Shown piece after piece: positions 40,028 through 48,100 of a DNA stretch of 52,411 nucleotides (the first letter of the stretch is position 1; each line of letters starts with the position of its first letter). The translations under genes were made by a program, and so were the position numbers. The stretch lies in assembly GCA_049968235.1 (NCBI GenBank), contig JBMFRC010000023.1, forward strand, positions 1 through 52,411, in the 5' to 3' direction. The notes below the pieces were generated by a model that was not told the DNA's origin, searched no databases, and worked only from the letters and a program-made list of their open reading frames with translations. This stretch comes from Candidatus Hydrogenedens sp. (GTDB lineage Bacteria; Hydrogenedentota; Hydrogenedentia; Hydrogenedentales; Hydrogenedentaceae).

Positions 40028-41029
40028 ATGAACGAAAAATATAATATAAATGAAATAAATCCTTATTTTATTTTCGATGAGGGGTATTTCCCAAAACCGT
40101 GGGGAAACTTTCGTTTTAAAGAAAAATTGAATAAAAACATATTAGGTGTGGAGCCTATTGGAGAAGCATGGCTAATTTCAGATAGGGAAGAGTATCAGAG
40201 TTCTATTATGCGGGGTCCACTAAAAGGGAAAAAAATTAATGAAGTGATAAATACATTTCCAGAATTTATTTTTGGAACAGAGAAAATAAGCCCTTTTCCT
40301 AAAAAATTCCCTTTATTATTAAAGTTAATAGATGCTAATGAATTATTGTCTGTTCAGGTTCATCCTGATGACCAAAAAGCAAAAAAGTTTGGGGAACATG
40401 ACTCGGGCAAAACAGAAATGTGGTACATACTCGATGCAAAACCAAATAGTTTTATATATCTCGGTCTAAAAAAGAATGTAAGAAAAGAACATTTAATAAA
40501 TGAAATACAACACCACGGAGATGTTGATAGATTACTTAATAAAATTTATGTAAAAACGGGGGACCATTACCTGATTCCTGCGGGAACGGTTCATGCAATT
40601 GGTCCTGGTATATTATTAGCAGAAATACAACAAAATAGTAATGTTACATATCGTTTATATGATTGGAATCGAGTAGATTCTACCGGTAAACCGCGATTAT
40701 TACATATTGATAAAGCAATGGAAACAATTCAGGAAGAACCTATAATTGTTCGTGCAAGAAAAATAGAAAAAAAACATATATTTGGGGTTGAAAAATATCT
40801 ATGTTCCTGTCCCTATTTTATAGCAAAATATTGGGAAATAAAAAAAGAATGTCAAATATGGGATAATAATTACAGTTTTCATATAGTTTTATCGTTGAGT
40901 GATACAAATATAAATATTTTTGATGAAGATATTAATTTGAGAAGTGGAGAATCTTTATTGATACCTGCAAAGTCAAATAATTATGTTATATTTAGAGAGG
41001 GGATATTTTTAGATTATTACCAGTTGTAA
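40028..41029 (+). CDS. manA: Type I phosphomannose isomerase (cupin)
   Basis: LSVQVHPDD, GKTEMWYIL, HAIGPG metal-ligand blocks of class I PMI. Confidence 0.75.
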   Translation: MNEKYNINEINPYFIFDEGYFPKPWGNFRFKEKLNKNILGVEPIGEAWLISDREEYQSSIMRGPLKGKKINEVINTFPEFIFGTEKISPFPKKFPLLLKLIDANELLSVQVHPDDQKAKKFGEHDSGKTEMWYILDAKPNSFIYLGLKKNVRKEHLINEIQHHGDVDRLLNKIYVKTGDHYLIPAGTVHAIGPGILLAEIQQNSNVTYRLYDWNRVDSTGKPRLLHIDKAMETIQEEPIIVRARKIEKKHIFGVEKYLCSCPYFIAKYWEIKKECQIWDNNYSFHIVLSLSDTNINIFDEDINLRSGESLLIPAKSNNYVIFREGIFLDYYQL

Positions 41030-41092
41030 TTGTTCCATATTGGAACATTCTAATCTATTTGAGGGATTTTTATAATCATATTAGTAAATTTT

Positions 41093-41668
41093 ATGGAAGA
41101 AATTAATAAAGAAATAAAGTTAATTAATGAATGTCTGAACGGGAATGCTGAGGCATTTCGGGATTTAGTTATGACTTATCAAACAGCAGTATATGCAACT
41201 GCATTTTACTATGTGAAGAATTCAAATATAGCAAAGGAAATTGTTCAGGAAACGTTCATTAATGCATATAAGAATCTTTACCAACTCCGTGATTTAACAA
41301 AATTTGGAAGTTGGTTAAAGGAAATTACAATTCGTATTTCTTTCCAATATATCCAGAAAAAGAAAGAAATTAGTACTGATATACAAGATGAGAGAATCAT
41401 CCCGATTAATTCCCAAAAGATAACAGGAAAGGGAGTTTCTTTATCATTTGAAGAGATAAAATTTGCTATACAACAATTACCGGAAAGATACAGACTTCCT
41501 GTAGTATTAAAATACTTAGAAGGAATGACTTACGAAGAAATCAGCAGATTTACAGGAGAATCTCCGGGCGAGATTAAAGGGATATTACAAAGAGCAGTAA
41601 AACAGTTACAGCAGATATTTGATAGTAGAGATGGAGAGACAAAGCAATGGCACGATGTTCACAAATAG
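41093..41668 (+). CDS. ECF (sigma-24 type) RNA polymerase sigma factor
   Basis: Region 2 (...VYATAFYYVKNSNIAKEIVQETFINAYKN...) and region 4 (LPERYRLPVVLKYLEGMTYEEISRFTG). Confidence 0.85.
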   Translation: MEEINKEIKLINECLNGNAEAFRDLVMTYQTAVYATAFYYVKNSNIAKEIVQETFINAYKNLYQLRDLTKFGSWLKEITIRISFQYIQKKKEISTDIQDERIIPINSQKITGKGVSLSFEEIKFAIQQLPERYRLPVVLKYLEGMTYEEISRFTGESPGEIKGILQRAVKQLQQIFDSRDGETKQWHDVHK

Positions 41669-42918
41669 AGCCTGAATTACAGGCATACATTGATGGTGAA
41701 TTAAGCAGGTCTAAAGAGTTAATTGTAGAAGAGCATTTATCTGCCTGTATGCATTGTAAACAGGAATTTGAAATCTTACGGAAAAGTAACGCATATCTGT
41801 ATGAATCTCTCAGTCCCTACAAGTTAAATGAGTCGTTAGATGAACAAATAATGAAAAAACTTCCGGAGATAGATATTAGTTACAATCAAACACATCAAAT
41901 CACACTGCGAGTTAAGCATCAAGATGAAAGCCCTTATTCATTTTCCAACATATTTCCTTATCTTGCTTTGACAGCAATGACTGTTCTGGGTGTTTTTATA
42001 TTTGTAAGTTGGCCCCATCGGGAAATTTCCGAATCACAAAAAGTTGGAATAGCGATTAATATGTCAGGTAATAGTTCGATAATTAACAATAACATAAACA
42101 ACATAATGAAAGAAGAGGACCTGACACCCATTAAAACTGATAATTATATAGAGACAAAAGAAGATTCAATAGTTTATACCTATCTAAAAGGTAATTCTAT
42201 TTTGAAGTTAGCCGAAAAGACAAGAATACGAATTTTAGATGAACGAACCGTAAATTTGGAAAAAGGGAAAGTTTTATTTGATATTGGTAAAGATAAAAAA
42301 GTGTTTCGAGTGAATACCCCGCAGGGGATTGTAACAGTATTTGGCACACAATTCCAGGTAGAAGTTGATTCTACACAAATATTAACAACAGTTCATAGGG
42401 GAGAGGTGACAGTAGAAACCGCACATCAATTTGTTGTGCTAAAGCAAAATCAACAGGTTTTATTGAAAGGCAATACTTTTGCATCGGAAGTAAAAACTTG
42501 TGATTCGAATGAAATAATTGCCTGGTCTCGTAATATAGAACCTTCGGAACGAATATTACAAAAGATATCCAATATTTTCGGGAATTCCGAATCAATACTT
42601 ATAGCGACACCTGCTTCGCAAGTATTTGTAGTTCCCACACAAATGAAAGAAATTTCGAGCCTTGTATTGTTCTGGGATAAGCAAAAGATTATTAGTAATT
42701 CTAATTTTACAATTTATGCATCTGATGATGAGTTAAAACCTTTATTCCGTTATAAGTTAACGAATAACTTACTGGAATCGTTTGATGGAGAGATTAATAT
42801 CCCTATTCCCTCAGATATATCTCTCAGAAATGTAAAAATTTTACATATAGAAATAATTTCAGATGATATAGATGCATCTTCTACAATGCCATTTACAAAG
42901 GTTTATGCAAAGAATTGA
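41647..42918 (+). CDS. Anti-sigma factor, zinc-finger (HLSACMHCK) plus TM plus FecR-like periplasmic domain with a C-terminal extension
   Basis: Overlaps the sigma gene end. Zf-HC2-like HxxxCxxC. One TM (LALTAMTVLGVFIFVSW). FecR-like beta-rich block (NTPQGIVTVFGTQFQVEV). Confidence 0.75.
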   Translation: MARCSQIEPELQAYIDGELSRSKELIVEEHLSACMHCKQEFEILRKSNAYLYESLSPYKLNESLDEQIMKKLPEIDISYNQTHQITLRVKHQDESPYSFSNIFPYLALTAMTVLGVFIFVSWPHREISESQKVGIAINMSGNSSIINNNINNIMKEEDLTPIKTDNYIETKEDSIVYTYLKGNSILKLAEKTRIRILDERTVNLEKGKVLFDIGKDKKVFRVNTPQGIVTVFGTQFQVEVDSTQILTTVHRGEVTVETAHQFVVLKQNQQVLLKGNTFASEVKTCDSNEIIAWSRNIEPSERILQKISNIFGNSESILIATPASQVFVVPTQMKEISSLVLFWDKQKIISNSNFTIYASDDELKPLFRYKLTNNLLESFDGEINIPIPSDISLRNVKILHIEIISDDIDASSTMPFTKVYAKN

Positions 42919-42959
42919 TATGAATATTCGTTTTGACATAAATAGGAATAAAAATAAAG

Positions 42960-43211
42960 CCCACCCTGTCGGGAGGCATGATGAAGCAAAAAACAAAGTC
43001 AAATTTCTGCCTCACATCACTCCTTCCCCAGAAATACCTGCAGCCAAAATAACTGCTTTCATGCATGCCTCCCGCTTAGAAATATTGATTATTCTCAGTA
43101 AAGTGGGCTCGATGATATATACGGCGAAACAACTGTCTCCTCTCTCCACTCCTTCCTCAAGAGTACCAGCCTAACAAAAAAGCCGCATCGAGCCCCTTCT
43201 CTTTTTTTCGC
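42960..43211 (+). ncRNA. Candidate structured non-coding RNA or cis-regulatory leader (unknown class) ending in an intrinsic terminator
   Basis: No plausible ORF. Local GC is visibly higher than the surroundings. Nested long-range perfect complements: GGGAGGCATG at 42972-42981 with CATGCCTCCC at 43065-43074, flanking ATGAAGCA/TGCTTTCAT. GGGCTCGATG at 43105-43114 pairs with CATCGAGCCC at 43186-43195, followed by CTTCTCTTTTTTTCGC. Two CU-rich ACTCCTTCC motifs sit in predicted loops. A TTGACA -35-like hexamer lies at 42933-42938. Confidence 0.45.
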
Positions 43212-43265
43212 TTTCTTTCGTTGTTATAATAAACAAAAAAATAAAATTTCAATAGGGGAAAATAA

Positions 43266-46172
43266 TTGAAGGGATTCAATAAAAAAATCTATATTATTTC
43301 TTTAATGTGGATATATTCTTTTTCTATTTGTTCTGTGATTTATGCACAGGGCTGGACAGAAACCTATTGGGAACAACTTGAAATATATAAAGATGATTAT
43401 GGAATTCCGCATATATTTTCTAAGGATATACGTGCGTTAGGTTTCGGTTTTGGCTATGTTCAGGCTCAGGACCACTGGGAATCGATGCTTTTATCATACC
43501 GTTTAGCTAATGGAAAATTATCCGAAGTTTTAGGAGCAGGTGAGGAAGCATCCGACCGTTTCTCTATACAGGCCGGACATAGATATTATGGGATGTTAGC
43601 CTATAATAATTGTGATTCCACAACAAGAGAATTATGCGATGGTTTTGCTGAAGGAGTAAATTCATGGATTTTAGAAAATCGTGATAAGTTACCGGAATGG
43701 GTAGATGGAATACAACCCCAAGATATTTTTTCTTTATGGCATGCGTTTATTGTTTCCCTTGCTCCAATAGATATACCTAACTTTCCCAAAAGACCTCCTG
43801 GCATAAAGACAGGATTCGCCTTTTCAATAGCTTCTGAGAAAAGCAGAGCCAATACGCCCATATTTGCCTTGAGTAGTCATCAATTTTATCAGGGACCATT
43901 TCGCTGGTATGAAGCACACCTTATATGTGGAGACTATAATGTATATGGATGCACTCTCTATGGACTGCCGATACTTATACAGGGACATTCTCTCAAACAT
44001 GCATGGGCATTAACACCCAACCAATCCGATTTTGCAGATGTTTTTATAGAGAATCCTCTATCTAATTCTGCTAGGAATACCAAATCTATGTTAAATATGT
44101 CCAATAGATCAGATGAAAAATCAATGCTATTACTTCAATATATGTCTCAAAGTGATGTTTACTATGTAAAAACTCTAAATGGATTAGAACAACGATTTGT
44201 TCCTGTACATATAACATCCAGAGGTCCACTTCTGGTTGGACCGGGAAATGAATTTTTCACATGGAAAATTGGAGGCTATGAGGATATTGGGGCGTTTTTT
44301 CAATTATGGGAAATGGGGCGTAGTAGTTCGTTAGAAAAGTTCAAACAGGCAGTATATCTTCATCAACTTCCTTGTTTTCATATTTTATATATGGATAATT
44401 CAAATCAGTCTTATTATTTTTATTCAACAAAAGTAGGATTGAGAGAACCTCCTCCCGGTTTTCCTTCTGGGGAGATGGAACAGATTCGGGATATAAACTG
44501 GACAACGCCTGTTCCATCAAAGTTTTATCCTGTGGGATGGAGATATCTGGTTTCGCCAGAATTACTCCCACACATACAAAATCCTGTAACAGGTTATATG
44601 CAAATATGTGGAGGACCACCGGATTCGATAACGGATGATATAAAAATTTCTAATCAAGATTTTTCGGCAAAGTATATAAAAGATATTGAAAATGTAGTAA
44701 GTAGGAGGATAAGAAGTGTTTTAAGAACAGATAAAAGGTCTTTAAGAGAAGTACAATCTCTGTTATTAGAGGACCTATCCTGTCTGGCTGTAGAAGTAGT
44801 ACCCCGAATATTGAATATTGCGAATAGTCATGGGCAAGAACTATCTTCATTTCATCCAGATTTACCCCTTGCTGTTCAATTATTGAATAACTGGAACTTA
44901 CGGATGACAACTGAAGGTTCTGCACCTGTTGTTTTCAATCTATGGTCTCATTTTTTTAGTAAACAATCCGGGATTATTCCAAGTATCGAAATTGAACCTT
45001 TTTACTCACTAATGAATAAAAATAAAGAAATGGAAGGACCTTGTTTAGAGGCATTAGTAAACGCGGTTCGTTATCTTAAGAATAACCGAAATAGTATAAA
45101 TATAAATTGGGGAGAAGTTCACCGTTTACAAAGAGGTGCGGAAGAGTATTCATTAGGGGGTAGTGAAATAGGAGGAAGTACTTTTTTACTATCTGAAATT
45201 CCTCCTGATACAGAACGATGGGGGCAGATTACCTATGGGATTGGTTTTGCCCTTGTAGCGAAATTAGGTAATACAATTGAATCCTATTCTGTTCAACCTT
45301 TTGGGAATTCTGAGTCTGTTCAATCTATACATTATAAAGACCAATGGGATTTATTTCGTAATCGGCAAATGAAAAGAACCCGGTTTTACCCGGAAGATAT
45401 ATACCGATTTGCTGAGCAAGGTATAGGAAGACGGTTGGTCTTTATTCCACCGGGAGGTGTGGGCGAAATTCGTTGTATAAGTAGTTCGCGAATCTTTGTA
45501 TCCATGAAAGCAATGATAGAGCCTCCTATAGAAATTCCTGAAGGTATGTTTCCTTTTTCTGTATTTATAAAACCACAATGTGTTCCTAAAGAAGCAAATG
45601 TACAGTTTGCTATCAGATTATATATTCCTAATGATATATGTGCCCCAGAAAATATTTCACAACTTTCACTTTATTATTACGATGATAGTTCTGGATGGGT
45701 TCGTTCTGAAAATCAAAATTCGGACAGTATAGGTGGTTTTATTGAGGGTATTCTTGAGAGGGCTTTTCTTTTTGTAATTTTAGGACCTAAAGAAGTAGCA
45801 ATATTAAATCCTGAAGAAACATCTGTAAGGCTGGACGGAAAACAAACAAATACGATAGGTCAAGGAATATTTTCTCCGGGATTGCCCGGTGAAATACCCA
45901 CAGCATTGAAGAAAAAGGGAAACTTCTTTTTCTCTATTCAAGGAGAGCAAAAAAATAATACATTACCTAAACCCATTGATTTACCTGTAATAAGAGATAA
46001 AAACACTTCTGATCAATTAGAACAAACAAACAACGGAGATAAAATATCCGAATCCGAAAAGCAAAAAGATAACACGAATAGAACTACAGAAAAAGACAAA
46101 AAGAAAGGTAAAATCACATCAAAAGATATTCAACCTAAACAAATCAAAAAGAATTTTTCGATAAAAAAGTAA
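43266..46172 (+). CDS. Secreted penicillin-amidase (S45, Ntn-hydrolase) family protein with a long C-terminal extension and Lys-rich tail
   Basis: Signal peptide (TTG start; alternative ATG at 43305). N-terminal DDYGIPHIF...GFGYVQAQDHWESM...RLANGKLSEVLG...ASDRF and ...DGFAEGVNSWI match the S45 alpha-subunit blocks. GPFRWYEAH...GLPILIQGHS matches the beta-subunit block after a putative Ser nucleophile. The 250-aa C-terminal extension ends KDKKKGKITSKDIQPKQIKK. Confidence 0.65.
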   Translation: MKGFNKKIYIISLMWIYSFSICSVIYAQGWTETYWEQLEIYKDDYGIPHIFSKDIRALGFGFGYVQAQDHWESMLLSYRLANGKLSEVLGAGEEASDRFSIQAGHRYYGMLAYNNCDSTTRELCDGFAEGVNSWILENRDKLPEWVDGIQPQDIFSLWHAFIVSLAPIDIPNFPKRPPGIKTGFAFSIASEKSRANTPIFALSSHQFYQGPFRWYEAHLICGDYNVYGCTLYGLPILIQGHSLKHAWALTPNQSDFADVFIENPLSNSARNTKSMLNMSNRSDEKSMLLLQYMSQSDVYYVKTLNGLEQRFVPVHITSRGPLLVGPGNEFFTWKIGGYEDIGAFFQLWEMGRSSSLEKFKQAVYLHQLPCFHILYMDNSNQSYYFYSTKVGLREPPPGFPSGEMEQIRDINWTTPVPSKFYPVGWRYLVSPELLPHIQNPVTGYMQICGGPPDSITDDIKISNQDFSAKYIKDIENVVSRRIRSVLRTDKRSLREVQSLLLEDLSCLAVEVVPRILNIANSHGQELSSFHPDLPLAVQLLNNWNLRMTTEGSAPVVFNLWSHFFSKQSGIIPSIEIEPFYSLMNKNKEMEGPCLEALVNAVRYLKNNRNSININWGEVHRLQRGAEEYSLGGSEIGGSTFLLSEIPPDTERWGQITYGIGFALVAKLGNTIESYSVQPFGNSESVQSIHYKDQWDLFRNRQMKRTRFYPEDIYRFAEQGIGRRLVFIPPGGVGEIRCISSSRIFVSMKAMIEPPIEIPEGMFPFSVFIKPQCVPKEANVQFAIRLYIPNDICAPENISQLSLYYYDDSSGWVRSENQNSDSIGGFIEGILERAFLFVILGPKEVAILNPEETSVRLDGKQTNTIGQGIFSPGLPGEIPTALKKKGNFFFSIQGEQKNNTLPKPIDLPVIRDKNTSDQLEQTNNGDKISESEKQKDNTNRTTEKDKKKGKITSKDIQPKQIKKNFSIKK

Positions 46173-46181
46173 TCACCATTA

Positions 46182-48014
46182 TTATAGAATTGTTCCTAAC
46201 CATTCTTCGATAATTTTTTTATAGTCTGCCATACTTCCATCAGACTCACGATATTGTGTGACATTATTCCGTTCAGCAACTTCAAAAAAGCGTTTGGCTC
46301 GAGGTATCATTGTAGGGTCTTCATTTTTCTTCTTCAAGTCGGTATCTCTTTTTCTGGCTCTTTCCATGATTGCATAATCAATACTCAATCTTGCTACCTT
46401 TACTCGTTCTAATACCTCAGGTTTACCTGCTACTGCATTTTCTGCTTTATCAAAGAGCGTTTCTGCCTGTTTTAACATTTCAGGTGTTATATGTTTAGCA
46501 TTATTAGGACCGACCCAGAGATACATGTGGATTTCTCTTTTTTGTGTCGGTTTATGTATCAGTTGCAGGTATTCCATGATATAAGGTCCTGCCTCTTCAT
46601 AGAAAGCATCTACAAATTCACTGATTGCCAATTTATCATCATAGGCAGGGTCCCATAATAATTTAGCATTCAAATATGCGCTGAGTTCATTAAATTCTCC
46701 ATGTAAAGTTGTATATGTATCCTGTTCAAAGATGCCTGTAACATTATGCTTTACAAAAAATCGAATATTGGGTGCACGAACTTCAAGATTCGGGAAAGGA
46801 ACCAGGTAATGGCTGAAAGATGTTACATAGTCCCAAACCCATAAACGATTACATATTTGGGACCAGCCTTCTATATCTTTTACAAAATCACGATTCTGCT
46901 TAGAAACACAACTTTCTAAAGGATGAGCAAAGCAACATTCGATACTACAAAGACGAATGATAACATTGGGTTCGGGACGCATTGTTTTTGGAGGTTTCCG
47001 GGACCATTGATAGGCAAGGGTATCTATAACTTTATCTGGAAATTCATCATGCACGGCTCGAGCCACACTATTTACAAGGTATAACAAAGGACCCATTTGA
47101 GAATCTTCGGCGGTTGCTAATGCGGAACATTTCGGGCATTGACAGAAGTTATACCAGTCGTTCTGAGAAACAGAAAATACTTTTGCTCCAGGATGTTCCC
47201 GCATCCATTTTTTTACTTCCTCTGTGACTAATTGTATAACTTCTTCGTTTGTGCAACAGAGTTGTGTCTTTTCCTTGATTCTTTTTCCATCCACCATAGA
47301 GAAATACTCCGGGTGGGTATCAAAATATTTTTCCGGTGGCAAAAGTGAATTGAAAGTATGAACAAAACCATAATACACAATTTTACCTCCGTGTTTTTCT
47401 TCTAGTCGGCATGCATTTCCATTGGCACGATTACGGGCGCACCAATCTCCATCAATAAAACCATCCATTGTAAAGGGTTCGCGATATTCTAAGGGAGGGA
47501 CAAAGATTTCATTCATGGCAGGTAATGCAATGGTCTCCATCTTTGGTATTCTACTCACCGTGGATGTAAACCAGCGACAACCTAAATGGTCATCGAGAAC
47601 ACCATATACTCCGTATAAAGTACCTCTTGGGTCTCCCCCTGCGATAATAATATTGTCCTTCGTAACTCGCAGGTTATATCCTTCCTCTCCTAAATTTTCC
47701 CAATCAATTTTATAGTCAATATTTTCCAACCGTTTACTTTTTCCTAATATTATTTCCTTGCCCTGAATGGGTATGGAATCTGTAATAATGGGTAATTCTG
47801 CACCACTCATTTCTTTGATAAATCGCTGCAATTCCTCACTTGCATATCTGATAGAGGGGATACAATTTTCCGGGATAACGATACTACATTGGGGAGTGCC
47901 ATTCTTTACAATTATGAAATAATCTCCCATAATAAAAGAAGGTTTTTTAGCACAACCCGAAGATAGAATTACCAATACAATTATTGTTATCAGAAAGTTT
48001 TTTGAAAATTGCAT
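46182..48014 (-). CDS. Lipoprotein, possibly DUF4838 / glycoside-hydrolase-like (GH20/GH67-type N-domain plus barrel); function unknown
   Basis: Lipobox LSSGC. The TLYGVYGVLDDHLGCRWF block resembles the N-terminal domain of DUF4838/alpha-glucuronidase-like proteins. Assignment is by memory of the motif only. Confidence 0.35.
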   Translation of the reverse strand: MQFSKNFLITIIVLVILSSGCAKKPSFIMGDYFIIVKNGTPQCSIVIPENCIPSIRYASEELQRFIKEMSGAELPIITDSIPIQGKEIILGKSKRLENIDYKIDWENLGEEGYNLRVTKDNIIIAGGDPRGTLYGVYGVLDDHLGCRWFTSTVSRIPKMETIALPAMNEIFVPPLEYREPFTMDGFIDGDWCARNRANGNACRLEEKHGGKIVYYGFVHTFNSLLPPEKYFDTHPEYFSMVDGKRIKEKTQLCCTNEEVIQLVTEEVKKWMREHPGAKVFSVSQNDWYNFCQCPKCSALATAEDSQMGPLLYLVNSVARAVHDEFPDKVIDTLAYQWSRKPPKTMRPEPNVIIRLCSIECCFAHPLESCVSKQNRDFVKDIEGWSQICNRLWVWDYVTSFSHYLVPFPNLEVRAPNIRFFVKHNVTGIFEQDTYTTLHGEFNELSAYLNAKLLWDPAYDDKLAISEFVDAFYEEAGPYIMEYLQLIHKPTQKREIHMYLWVGPNNAKHITPEMLKQAETLFDKAENAVAGKPEVLERVKVARLSIDYAIMERARKRDTDLKKKNEDPTMIPRAKRFFEVAERNNVTQYRESDGSMADYKKIIEEWLGTIL

Positions 48015-48100
48015 ATTAAATCTCCTATCTATTAATTTTAATCACACTGTTACTATGATATATAAAATAATATAAATAACCTTAATATTACGAATTCAAA

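Noticed and set aside
42872-43174. 100-aa + strand ORF spanning the anti-sigma stop and the intergenic region
   Set aside because: Low-complexity translation with no RBS. It begins inside the anti-sigma gene and lies over the self-complementary GC-rich segment that is better explained as RNA structure.
42950-43215. Possible identity of the structured element as SRP RNA, RNase P RNA, tmRNA or 6S RNA
   Set aside because: It lacks the SRP helix-8 GGAAGCAGCC-type motif (only a weak GCAGCCAAAA resemblance). It has no RNase P P4 consensus and no tRNA-like 3' domain for tmRNA. A 6S-like secondary structure cannot be asserted without folding, so it is left unclassified.
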